DNA of 64,000 nt. Source: Octopus bimaculoides (taxonomy: Eukaryota). Numbering within the stretch: position 1 is the stretch's first letter; each line of letters opens with the position of its first letter. The notes beneath the pieces were generated by a model. It was given only the letters and a program-made list of their open reading frames with translations. It had not been told where the DNA came from and made no database searches. Both the position numbers and the translations under genes were made by a program. Below, piece after piece: positions 24,167 to 36,733 of this stretch. Location of the stretch: NCBI RefSeq assembly GCF_001194135.2, contig NC_068987.1, positions 30,187,085 through 30,251,084 of the forward strand, given 5' to 3'.

Positions 24167-26492
24167 AAAACATATCTCAAGGGTTAATGTGCTGATGTAA
24201 TATTCTCATAGTCAGTTCAAATCTTGTTGCTTTATCCATTGTTATGTCCCTGGCAATAATTTTTCTTTGTGTAAATATGCCTAAGAAACTATTACCACTC
24301 CTAATACCAGCTGTTTTAGAATAACATAATACTATATTGATGCTGTTGTTTATATCCTGTCTGTTCTTCTCAATCAGATCATTCATACAAAGCATTCAGT
24401 TAAAATTTCTATGCATGACCATCCTCTGGGCCTCTTTCTAAAGAGGGTGGCAGTTAGAGAATTTTAGCTGTTACATAGAAGAGGTCTTGGCTTATATTAA
24501 AAAGAAGCATAACCATTAGATGTAGTGCAATATATTTTATTTAAGAAATGCTTTAGTTTAAATACAGAACTTCTGGGTCAGTTTTGCTTAGCTCCTTTAG
24601 GTTCAAGGCACATATAGAGATGAATAATAACTGTGTTTTGACTTCATTACATACTTTCCAGACAACTTTGAAAACCAAGTTATTCTACCATAATAACAGT
24701 TGTTAGCTGGTAGGTAATAGAGTTGATGTCAGTAACAAAAAAAAAAAAAAAAAGAAACAAACAGACACTTAATTCTGTTCATTACAGCTTGGTCTAATGA
24801 AGTACCATATGGAAATAAAACTTCAATGCTGCAAGTGACAAGAACACTGTATAATTAACAATGTTTACTGTGTGACGATGAAATTCTTTCATGGACTGAC
24901 TTCCTGTTCAGTCAGTTCAAATCATCTGCTGTGTTTCTAACTTTAGAAAACCTCTTTATTAATAAGTTATTTAGTCTTGGGTCAGCTTTGTTTGAACTAC
25001 CCTAGGGTCAAGGACATTTCAGCTGTGATCATACCAATTTTAAGGGCATGATTTGTAGGTGCTTTGGTTGTCATTTATATCAGGTCTAGCAATCTCTCAT
25101 AAGCTCCTTTATTCAAGTGATCATTGAAACTTTAATAATAAATTGGGTATTTTGTGGAATCTCTTTAAGATGAATTCTTTTTTTTTTAATTTTTTTCTTT
25201 TTAAACCTTTGTCAGAAGTTACATTTTTCAGGACCTTCAAAATGGAAGAAAGGAAGTGGTTAAGAGACATGGGTTGAATATTTGCTAGTAAATGGACTGC
25301 TAAAATCCAGGTGGTTATGTTAAAGCAGACAGTGAAGTCTACCACTGTTATTTAAGCTTCACTGGTAACAGTTAAAAGAGTTAAGGAAATAATTTGCACA
25401 AAATTGGGCTAATATAGTTATTTAAAAATATCAATGGCTGTGAAAAGAAGGGATAGACAGGAAATAAACATCAGACGGAACATGGTCTGTGAATATAGAA
25501 GATAGCGAAAATTGTTTTACAAAGCTTGAAGTGAATAGTTAAGACAGTTTAAGTTAACGATAACATATTTAGTTAGATATAAAAGATTGTTTGTAGGAAA
25601 TGGACTACTTTTTTAAAGACTTCATCCAAAAAGGAAAAATGGTGCCTGAGACTATTTTTCAGGGCTTCTCAGACTCGTAAGTGGCAATTAATGTCAGACT
25701 TATTGTCAGATTAATGTCAGATTTATTCTGAATGCATGCAACTCCACTAAAGATGCTATGACCCTTGTAGTTAAAGTAAATGACAGATTGTCTTATCATC
25801 TCTAAAACGGGAATGGCTCCTTTTGTGGGACAACTACACAGTTTCTATCTTCCAAATGCCACTCACAAAGCATTGGTCAACCTGAAGCTATGGTAGTAGA
25901 CATTTGTCAAAGGTGCCGCTCAGTGAGGTTGAACTCAAACTCTTAGTTGTGAAGTGAATTTCTTAACCACAAATCCACATGCTTCTGTCTAAAATATTTT
26001 GTTAGATTTTTAGATCAAAGTGAATCCATTTTATGCATGGAACAGCTGTAACAATAATAAATGTTGACTTTTGATTCAGCAGTGTTAGACAGAGAAAGAG
26101 TGTGTTATATGATCAGTTTTATGCTTGTCTATTAAATTAGTCTATTTTTTCAGAAAATCATTTAACATTTATGAGAGCATCATATTCATCATTATCTGTT
26201 TTTCAAATTACAATTGGTTTTTCAATACTGTTCAACATCCCATTCAAGTTTATATGGTATTATTATTATTATTCCTACCTCACTTGAAACATATCTGTCT
26301 ACCCACCAAAAAATTAGATAATGTTTTAGTTAGTTTGTTTGTTTTGTTCATTACTACAGTATTCAGTTTATTTCAGAAATTACTGAAGTTAGAAAGAACA
26401 AAATTGTTTATCAGTGATTATACTAAAAATAAATAAATAAATAATTGGATTTTAAAAAAAAATTGCTTAAAAGCAAATTATATATGGAAATG

Positions 26493-26869
26493 TGGAGGCG
26501 CAATGGCCCAGTGGTTAGGGCAGTGGACTAGTGGTCATAGGATCGCAGTTTTGATTCCCAGACCAGGCGTTGTGTGTGTTTATTGAGCGAGAACACCTAA
26601 AGCTCCACAAGGCTCCGGCAGGGGATGGTGGCGAACCCTGCTGTACTCTTCCACCACAACTTTCTCTCACTCTTACTTCCTGTTTCTGTTGTGCCTGTAA
26701 TTCAAAGGGTCAGCCTTGTCACACTGTGTCATGCTGAATATCCCCTGAGAACTACGTTCAGGGTACACGTGTCTGTGGAGTGCTCAGCCACTTGCACGTT
26801 AATTTCACGAGCAGGCTGTTCTGTTGAACTGAAACCCTCGACATCATAAGCGACGGAGTGCCAACAACA
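26493..26869 (+). mobile_element. tRNA-headed SINE (family B), full length with a 13-bp target-site duplication
   Basis: A-box-like tggcccagtgg and B-box-like tttgattccc. The direct repeat atatatggaaatg lies at 26480-26492 and 26870-26882, and the element has a (CAA)n tail. Confidence 0.88.
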
Positions 26870-28258
26870 ATATATGGAAATGCTGAGCAATGTACAGATT
26901 ATGAGAAATGGAATGCAGCAACAAATGTTATAAAGCTACCTTAGATACTGTTTTCTATAAAGATGGTAGTTGACAAGAAAGCTTCATGATTGCTTGACCT
27001 GCAAGAAATACCAACCAGGTCTCTTTCAAATCACACCATAAATGGACACAATGGATAACATTGTCCTAGAGACTGTTATGGTCAGATGGTCATGGTTGAC
27101 TTCCATTTTAGGTTTATTCAGTGTTGGTATAGGCTGAAACAAAAATGATAGCCATCACTTGTGAGTATAGTTTGGTAACATTTACTGTTCTTTCACTATT
27201 TATCTTAGCTATCTATGTAGTCATGAGCAGACACAATCACCCTCTTGGCCCTCCCAAGTCCAGGATTTGACAGTTGGTGGAGAGTAGGGGATGAGGCCTA
27301 CATCAGCACTCAGGTGGAATCATTTTCAGCCGAGTAAACGGGAGCACTGTGAAATGAAGTACCTTGCTCGAGGGGGACAACTTGCTGTCCAGTCTGTGAA
27401 TCAAACCCTTCATTTTATGTTTGTGAGCCCAACTCTGTAATCTCTAGACCCAACAGCTATATGAAACACTGACAATATATCAAAAGAAGAATTTTCTATT
27501 TTCTTTGGTTTGGTGTTTTTGTTAATATTTTATCAAATATTTCTTCTGAATAAACAGAATGGCAGTGATCGGAACTGTACATTAAACCTATTTCCTGAAT
27601 CAGTGTAAATGTTATTTATTTATATTATTTTCTATGTTTGAGATGATATAAGATTTCTCTCCATATCTAACCTCATAATACTCTCAGCAGTCAAAAAAGT
27701 AAACCCAGCATGTTTCAAACCTGAAATTCTCTTTAAAATGTTACAACTTTAAAAGTGAGTAATGCTGAGAATCACTTGTTATCAGAAAATAGATCTGTTG
27801 TGGTTTCTGTCTTGAATTGCTATTTGTCCTACATACTTCATATTTTCATTTTAAATATTATGTTATCTGTCAGACTGATTGATTGATGCCTTTTGGTTAT
27901 GGAAATCTAGATGATATTTAACTGTAAGGAATTTGCCTCCCTTTAATGTTTTTCATATGAATCCCAAAAGTTGATTTTAAACTTGATAAGTTGTAAATTT
28001 TGAGTTCAAGTTGTGTGAGATTTTTTTTTTATTAAAATTCTTGCTTTTTTGGTAGTATTTATTTATTTATTGTATAGTTAAGGGGAGAAGTACAGTGCCT
28101 CTTACCATGCCTTTTTAAGAAAGGCCTCTGAAACTGGGAGAAGAGGGAAAATATTCATAAATGGGAGACCTTGTCCAGGTGCTTGCAACTGAGTAAACAC
28201 TCCAAAAGATACTAAAGGGTCAAACAGTAGTGTTAAACCAAACAATGGATTTGGCTTA

Positions 28259-28639
28259 GGCGTAGAAGTGGCTGTGTGGTAAGTAACTTGCTTGGTTCAG
28301 TCCCACTGCGTGGCACCTTGGACAAGTGTCTTCTACTATAGCCTCGGGCCGACCAAAGCCTTGTGAGTGGATTTGGTAGACGTAAACTGAAAGAAGCCCG
28401 TCGTATAAATGTGCATATATATATATATGTATGTGTGTGTATATGTTTGTTCCCCCAACATCACTTGACAACCGATGCTGGTGTGTTTTTGTCCCTGTAA
28501 CTTAGCGGTTCGGCAAAAGAGACCGATAGAATAAGTACTAGGCTTACAAAGAATAAGTCCTGGGGTCGATTTGCTCGACTAAAGGCGGTGCTCCAGCATG
28601 GCCACAGTCAAATGACTGAAACAAGTAAAAGAGTAAAAG

Positions 28640-28640
<1 letters not shown>
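28259..28640 (+). mobile_element. SINE family A, near full length, followed by (CTA)n
   Basis: Highly similar to 51481-52650, with an internal microsatellite of only about 43 bp and a short deletion in the head. Confidence 0.9.
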
Positions 28641-28685
<45 letters not shown>

Positions 28686-29844
28686 TTATTTAATTTTAAG
28701 TATATGTAAAGTTATATCATTCTGCATGTGTTTGTGTTATAATAATCATGAGGAAATTTGCAGGAAAATGCTTATACAAGATGGAATTTTTTTGTAAATT
28801 TTATTTCGGGATTTTCCTTTCTAGGATCCATTGTGAAAAGTTGTGAGATTGCTTCACGACATGCGTTGGTACGTTTTCTGGATTGTTTTGTACCCTGTTC
28901 TGTACATTCAGAAAGGCTACTCATGTCAAGGAGCATATTTCATTAACTTACAATGACCATTAAAAAAAAAAAATAAAATCATAACATTCGCTATTTGTGT
29001 TCATTTCATTCACAACAGGCAGTTTTATTTTTTTATTGGCCTCAATATCTGCAACAATATCTGGGATTAATTTATCTTTTGGTCTTGAAGAGAAGGATCT
29101 AGTCTTTTGGATGTGCTAAGAATGTGCTTTACCTGGAGTGGTTCTTAATGTCAAAATGAAACCTCAGGAAACCTGAAATTTTATGCTAGGTGAGACAGAA
29201 AGAACTCAGTTAATATATGCCACAATGGTGTAGTCTGATAAGCTACGCAGCCATGCCTGCACTGGAAATTGAATATAATCTCTAGAATTTGAGAATGATT
29301 GGTGGTCTTTAGTAAAATTAAGCAAATGCCAGAGTTATAATACTGTATTGTGAGCAGTTTCAGGCAGTCTTCATGCTTTCAAACTTTAGATATTTCCTTT
29401 CATATATTTCTGTTTTTATAACCTTTTTGTTTCTGATGTCCATAATGTTTTGCCTACAGATTGGTGAGTTAGGGTTCTCATGTTACCTCAGTTTACATAT
29501 CTCTGATTTACTTCATAAAAACAACAAAGCTTAAAAGAAAACAAGTTTCCATAAAATCTATATCTGAATTATTTTTGTAAAGGCATATTTTGTGTTTTAG
29601 TTTCTGACCACTTCTAGGTCTACATCTGGATTAATTTTGTAAAGATGTAATTTAATTTCTAACCACTACTAGGTCTACATTTTCCTGTGTGTCCTGTTTT
29701 TTTTTTTTGGACAACTATGTAAAGACTCCATCATTGACTCATGAAGTAAATTATTTCAATGTTTTTTTTTTTTCGCCCGATATAACTGCTGTATTTATTG
29801 CTTTGTGATTAATTTTACTGATTCATATTTTGTTTTCCTTCCAG

Positions 29845-30024
29845 AATTCGGCCTCAATGTGGCCGAGAAAGGATTGATATGTGCCAAATTTGCACCGATG
29901 TTATCTATGCGGAATCTCAGCTTATCTTGGGAAAAGATAAGGCATTTACATTTGACTATGTATTTGACAGAGATACAGTTCAGAAGGATGTTTATGAAAC
30001 TTGTGTACAAATGCTAGTTGAAGG
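29845..30024 (+). CDS. KIF21: Kinesin-4 (KIF21A/B-like) motor domain, internal coding exon (probably exon 2), 180 nt, phase 2/2
   Basis: Acceptor ttttgttttccttccag and donor GG|gtaagt. Translates (R)IRPQCGRERIDMCQICTDVIYAESQLILGKDKAFTFDYVFDRDTVQKDVYETCVQMLVE(G), matching the KIF21 N-terminal motor motifs RIRP and GKDKAFTFDYVF. Confidence 0.96.
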
Positions 30025-30689
30025 GTAAGTCCTGTTTTTCTTTTCTCCATTTCCAAGTAAAAAGAAGAAAAAAAAATGGAACAGTAAACTTTCCAAACAT
30101 TTTTGGAGTTGAGGTTTCATTGGTATGAATTTTTCTCCTTTTACTAGGAAGTGTTTTTTAATGCATTATGTAAATAAAAAGAGAGCACAAAAAATAAGTT
30201 TGATACATTGTAATGAATACCACTTAATTAGTTGCATAATGAGTAAGTAATTGGGGGTGGTGGTCGGGATTTTTGCTAACTGTTTACAAAATGGAAGAAA
30301 ACATCTTCCTCCACTTCCCTCTAGTTTTAGATGATGAAAACATAATGTTTATCATCATCTTCTGCCCAAATAAAGGTGGGGGAGAATACATGTTCTTACA
30401 GAATTGTGCTTCACCATCAGCATTTAATGTCTGTTTTCCATGCTGGCATGGGTCAGCTGGCTTGTCAGGAACTGGCAAGCCAGGGGTAGCACCAGGTTCC
30501 ATAGTCTGTTTTGGCTTGGTTTCTATGGCTGGATGCCCTTCCTAATTCCAACCATTCTTCTAACTTGCATTTAAATGGAAGACTTGATTAGACTTGCTAA
30601 GAATCGGCAGATCTAATCTTTAGAGATGTGAGAACATCAATGTTAATATTTTTAAGATAGAATTAAAGCCAGGAATTTGTGGATAGAGA

Positions 30690-31200
30690 TTAGTTCAGAT
30701 AAATTGACCTCAATATTTAACTGGTACTTTATTTTGACCTCAAAGAGATAATAAGCAAAGTTGACTTGAAAAGGAAATGAGTTCAGAATGCAAAGAACTG
30801 TAACAAATACTATCAGTAATTTTTACTGGTTTGGCTCTTTATGTCCTGTATTTGAATCCCGAGTTAACTTTATCTTTTGTCCTTCCAGGGTTCAGTAGAT
30901 TTATTAAAAAGAGTACCAGTCAAATACTGGGGTTAGTTTAGTCAACTAGCTCTCCCATTCTCAAATTCCAGGCCTTGTATCTGCATTAGAAACATTGTTT
31001 GTAGTTTGGAGGATTGGCAGTCATTAGAACATTGTTCAAAATGCTTTACATTATTTGTTTCAGCTTGTTTTAAGTTCAAATCCCACTGAAGTCCACTTCA
31101 CCTTTGGGGTTGATGAAATAAGTACCAGTCAGGTACTAGAACGAATGTATTGACTAATCTCTATCCTCAAATTCCTGGCATTGCATTCGTTTTAGAAACA
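30690..31200. mobile_element. Cluster of three degenerate family C SINEs (about 30690-30810 -, 30820-30995 +, 31010-31200 +). Others at about 56760-56945 (-) and 57800-57960 (+)
   Basis: Repeated aactggtac / agtaccagtc cores and caaattcc(a/t)ggc tails. Confidence 0.55.
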
Positions 31201-32091
31201 TATCATTCTCACATCTCCAAAGATCATATTTGTTAATTCCTAGCAGTTCTCACCAAGTTTTCAATTTAGATACAGTTAAGCTTCCTAGTGCAAAGACGTG
31301 TATTCTCCCCACCTCCGTATTTGGTCAGAATATGAAGCAAACATTGTGAGATGTGTTAAATATGTAAAATGAGGTCAAGCGAAAGAGTTTGTGCCAACAA
31401 GTTAATAGCTTCTAGCAATGTCTATAGGAATTTTTTTTATGTATTTAATGATGGGAATTTTCCCCTGTTTTGTTTTACTTTCTTTTTCACTTTTCAAGTC
31501 AAACATATTGTTGCTGCTCTAGAATTCCATTTATGTTTAGTTATTGAATATTGTAAAGTTATCTTGAATGAAAATTGTGGGTTGCCTTTCATGGCAATGT
31601 TTTCTCTTGCTCTAGTCATTTCCTATCAACACCCATACCTCATTTGTAACATTGTCTCATCTACCGTTGTTCTCACTGCCTTTGTTTGCCACTCCAACAT
31701 TCACTCTTATCTACTTAGGATCACCTCCATTCCATCACCATACATCTGTCAGTCTCCCTTACACTCTTGTAACCTTTACCCACCCATTCCCACTTATCTC
31801 TCTCCTTCAATCCTCCCCTCTCTACTGCATTCAGCTGCTCATTGCTCTTTCTGTATTGCCAGTCATCACTTCCTTTCCCCCTGGGCCACTTCTATTGACA
31901 TCTATTCCTCATTCTTATCACCTTCCCTCCTATTTATACTTACCACCCTTGTTCACCATTTACTAAATTCACTCTCCCCTTACTCTTGCAACATTTACCC
32001 ATCCTTACTTCCTCATCTTCTAACTCCACACTTTCTTCTGTTCACCTTCTTGTACTCTGAGGGTATATTCCAACCTCTTGTCACCCCTCCT

Positions 32092-32114
32092 GTCTGTCTC
32101 TCTCTGTCTCTCTC

Positions 32115-32184
<70 letters not shown>
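32092..32184. repeat. (CT)n microsatellite ending a pyrimidine-rich tract
   Basis: Direct inspection. Confidence 0.92.
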
Positions 32185-34779
32185 CAGCTCCATTTCAATT
32201 ACTCCTATCTCCTCTATAACTACAAATCTGTTCCTGTCCCTTCCATCATACTTTAACTTCCTAACAACTTGCATAAAGCCATTTCCATCTCTATTATACT
32301 CTCATTTTGTGAAGGGAGCCCCTTAAATCTTTTAAGTTGCATGGTAACTTCACTAGTGCTGGTGCAACAAAATGGAGCCAGTGCTCTCTGCAAAATAGTT
32401 ACCAATAGGAAGAATATTCGATCATTGAAACCATGCCAGATCTGAGCCACTAGTGCAATTCATGTTCCTCTGACCTGTTGGATCCTGTCACTATCCAACT
32501 TGTAACAGCATGGAAAGTGAATGTGAAATGATGACGATTGTTTGTTAAAATAGGTTTATTTATTAAAAGTAAGTTTAAAAAGAAAAATGGATCATTAACA
32601 TCCAGGGTGGAGGTGAATCTATTTATAGTGAAAAAATACAAATTTATCTTGAAAATGAAGAGGACTTCAAGTTTCGTCTAATGACTTTTTCAACCTCAAA
32701 AATTTGAGGTCTCAGTGAACTTGATAAATATTCCCACATGTATGTAATCTTTATCGTCATGTATGTATATGTATATCTTTAGATGAAAAGTTGGGAAAGT
32801 AGTATAAGTGAAAGATGTAGGATATTCTCTCCATAACAGCTATATTGATGGATACTGTTTATCTGACCAGTCATTGTTCTTAGGAAGATGTAGGTTGACT
32901 GTCAGTTGTCACATGAGGAAATTGTTTTTTAAAACTATTATGTAAATCTAACATTCTTTCTAAAAATATTTGCCAAGTGTTTGGAATGAGTCCAATCTCA
33001 TAACTGTTTTATTTTCACTTACTGTTTAGTTCCAGAGTTCTGACCACACTGATCTCTGATCAAAAGCATGCTAGCCATGACTGCTCCATCTTTTTTTTTT
33101 TTGTTTCTCAGAACCGCTAAATATAGGATCACATCCAATGTTTTCATTTGAGATTGTGGTTTGATGTGATTTAAAGGAAATTTGGTTGCCATTTCACAGT
33201 CGTATACACATTTAAAATGAATATGAACACTGGCATTTTAATCTAAAGTTGTTTCACATGCATATATTCGATTTAGATGCTATTTCTAGTATGTTGAATA
33301 GCTGCATTGAGGCTTCCTCAGTTGTTGACATGCTTTCTACAAATTGTTGGTCCTCCTCTTGTCACAAAAAAAAAAAAAAAAAAACTTAAAATTTTCTCCT
33401 AAATGGAAACGAAGCATAAATATATCATTGGTTGAAATTTGAATTTACTCTTTGTCTAATCCTTGCTGGCCTGAATTGAACTGCAATTTCCTGGAACTAC
33501 TTTCCTACTTATATTTTGTTTATAAGCATCAACCTAGAACATGATGAATGCCATTAACTTCAATTTGGGAAGACTTTATGAACTCTGTTATCAATGCTTA
33601 TGTAGGATGTTTACATAAAATAAAGTAAACAAAATTTAGTACTCTAACTTTATTGCATGTGTATAAAATCAGATATAAAATTAAAGAAAGTCTGCTTACT
33701 ACCAGATTAGTAATTTATTTTTTGAAAAAGTAAAAATTACTAAAACTATGATTGGAATGTTTGAATATGCAAATAGATTGGATTGGGAATAGATAACTAT
33801 GGGTAAATTGAAAAAAATAGGGAAATGTATGTAAACACGTGGTATAGTTTTAAAAACAGGTTTATAAATCAATATTACAATGTATTGGTGAGTAAATACA
33901 AAGTATATATAGTATAGGAGTAAGAATTGAGATGATTGCTATATATATTATGCATTTACCTATGTTGACACTAAATGATGTATGAAAAGCTGTGTAAATA
34001 TATAACATTCTTCAGTGTGGTTGAACGAGTATGGATGACAAAAATCCAGCTAAAGCTTGGGAGATTGACATAAATTTTTCAGAATGCATCCACTATTGAG
34101 GGACTGTTGTGTAAGACTTTTTGGTTTTTCATTCTTGATGATGCTTTGTACAGACAAATATTTGTCCACCTTACACAATAAGGCATACCTTGGTGTAATG
34201 AGGTCAGGTTTTGTAAACAAACCGAAGTGAGGAGGGGGAGCACGACCAAATTTAATGGGAAAGCAAATTGTCTTGGTTGACTTTTGAGAGAAAACATCTG
34301 TGGGCACACATGATTGTGGACACCAACGTGCAGTGTGCACGTGTCAAGGCATGAAATGAATTATCAAGAGCTGTGTAGTAAATACTGGTGCTATTATGTT
34401 GTTCAAAAAGCCAGAGTAAACCAACCCTCGAAGTCTGTTATTGCTTTCTTCATAGAGTGGCTCTAATTGGTTCTATTTGCTCTTTGTTCAGGTGTCAGTG
34501 TCATTCCCTTCGCCTTGTTTTTATCTCTTCATTAGCCAATCTTCTTAAAACTGCCAAGAGAATTGTCCTAAAATTGTTGCCTTCATGAATGATATCTCCA
34601 GACCATCAAAGCTTGGCCCTGAAATATTTGATTTGATATTTGGAGAGATAATTATTTATAAGACCTGATCAGTCCCTTAAGGATTGAATGTGGAGCTATT
34701 ACAAATCCAGATTTTTCAGTCATACTGGAACATGACAAAAACTATAGCATTACATACCTTGAATTTATTAGAAAGATGA

Positions 34780-35230
34780 ATGTCTTTCTGTGACGGGACT
34801 TTGTAGAGTCAACTTGGCACTTGATTTGCATTTAGGTCCTACCTGCAATCCTGTCTTTCAAAGCATTTTGCTGATAGTAATGTTTGCTACTGTGGGATGC
34901 AGTGTGCTGATTGTTTGGTAAAACACATTTGATCCTTTATGGTACTTCATAACAATTCTTAAAATGGTTTTTCAGGATGCCAGAGTTAATGGAAGTAGTA
35001 TTTCAGGAGTATTTCTCTTCATAATTTTTGCAGCAAGATGCATCAAACAATATACAGTAGGCCATCCATTATGAAAAATATTGGGGTACATATATGGCCT
35101 TGTTTGACCCCTCAGAAGATTCAACATCTAAGCATCTTTTTGTTGGTATGCAGAAGAATTGTACATCCGAATTTGTTTGCCATCTTCCTGGAACTTTCTG
35201 TTGTGTCAAATATCTTAGTGCCACCAATGA
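34780..35230 (-). mobile_element. Decayed LINE reverse-transcriptase relic (RTE-like)
   Basis: Minus strand gives KFGC and GVKQGHICTPIFF, similar to the RT motif GV(K/R)QG...P.LF. Confidence 0.4.
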
Positions 35231-35439
35231 AACCAGAGTGGTTCATGGTCTGCTCGCGCGTGCGTGCGTGCGTGCGTGTGTGTGCGCGCGCGTGTGTGTG
35301 TGCGCGTGGGTGTAAAGGTTGCCATTGGTTTCATGTTAAGAAAAATATCTTAATATCTTGACAATTTTTCAAGCTGGTCACATAGGAATGATGTTTGTCT
35401 GAGCACGCATTCTTGTTGTTTGGCATTTACGTATATTCA

Positions 35440-35815
35440 TGTTTTAATCACCAGTCTTGCAGAAAGGACCTTACCTCATGGCCTTCACAACCCTCTCAAG
35501 ACTTGTGAGATTGACTGATATTTTTCTTGCATAACCTTCAAGTCGATGGCTGAGGAAAAGCAAGAGCAGGGATGGATTTTGTAAAGGTTGACATCCTCGT
35601 CAGGAAGCACTAGATAAATGGTTTGCACAAGGCTTCAGTGGGGGTGAAAATATGGGTAAGAAGAGATGAGTAATTAGGTGGGTTTAAGTGAATTGACATG
35701 AAATCTTTTGGAGGAGCACAGGCAATTGTAGAGGTGTTAAAAAAGATAGTGATCAGACATTAGATTTGAAGTTCAGAGGTTGCAGTATGCTGAGGGATGA
35801 GTTAATGCCAATCAG
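35440..35815 (-). mobile_element. Decayed LINE 3' relic of the same class as 54400-55260
   Basis: Minus strand gives INSSLSILQPL..SLSF*HLYNCLCSS and SSAIDL, resembling the terminal region of such RT ORFs. Confidence 0.35.
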
Positions 35816-35830
35816 ATGTGATTTAAGATT

Positions 35831-35860
<30 letters not shown>

Positions 35861-35862
<2 letters not shown>

Positions 35863-36647
35863 GGAAAATGAAGAATAAGGCAGAATGCTAAACTGGAAGC
35901 ATATTTTAATAAAGATTTCTAACCGGCTTTCATTGCGAAGCAAATTTTCAAGAAGGAGAATGAAAATGTTTTTTACAAAGAAGTACAAAATGAAGAAAAT
36001 AATATATAAAAAAAATTAATATATAAAAAATAAATATACCGATACATTATATTGTCTTTGAGCTTTTGAAATTCATTGGTAGTCCATGTATAAATGGTTG
36101 GAAAAATAAGGATGCATGAGAGTTGTGTTAGGTTTAAAAAAAGGGTTAAAAGTTTGTGTTAAGCAGGAAGTGTGGTGTCAAAACAGGAAGTGTGTGTAAG
36201 GGGAGACAAATGTTTTTAGTTGGAGTTATGAACTCTTTTTCAACAGGAAGTTTGTCTGTTCTTCCTGTTGAAAAAGAGTTCATAACTCCAACTAAAAACA
36301 TTTGTCTCCCCTTACACACACTTCCTGTTTTGACACCACACTTCCTGCTTAACACAAACTTTTAACATTTTTTTAAAACCTAACACAACTCTCAATTCTC
36401 ATGCATCCTTATTTTTCTAATCATGAACTACCATTGAACTTCAAAAGCTCAGACAATATAATGTATCGGTATATTTATTTTTTTATATATTAATTTTTTT
36501 TATATATTATTTTCATTTTGTACTTCTTTGTAAAAAAAGCATTTTCATTCTCCTTCTTGAAAATTTGCTTCGCAATGAAAGCTGGTAAGAAATCTTTATT
36601 AAAATATGCTGCCAGTTTAGCATTCTGCCTTATTCTTCATTTTCCTA
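35861..36647. repeat. Long inverted repeat with arms of about 390 bp and a 10-nt spacer
   Basis: 36145-36250 is the exact reverse complement of 36261-36366. The outer arms pair with scattered mismatches and indels out to taggaaaatg (35861) and cattttccta (36647). Confidence 0.97.
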
Positions 36648-36689
36648 TTATTTCTCCACGTGCGGTTAACACAACCCCACTATTTACTG

Positions 36690-36733
<44 letters not shown>

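Noticed and set aside
26493-26570. tRNA gene
   Set aside because: A/B-box-like motifs are present but there is no complete cloverleaf. It is the head of a SINE flanked by a target-site duplication.
31369-32256. 295-aa ORF
   Set aside because: It is open because the pyrimidine-rich strand has few stop codons. The composition is low-complexity (S/L/P/H) and there are no recognisable motifs or splice signals.
36146-36365. Twin 69-aa ORFs on opposite strands
   Set aside because: They are a direct consequence of the perfect palindrome and show no protein-like features.
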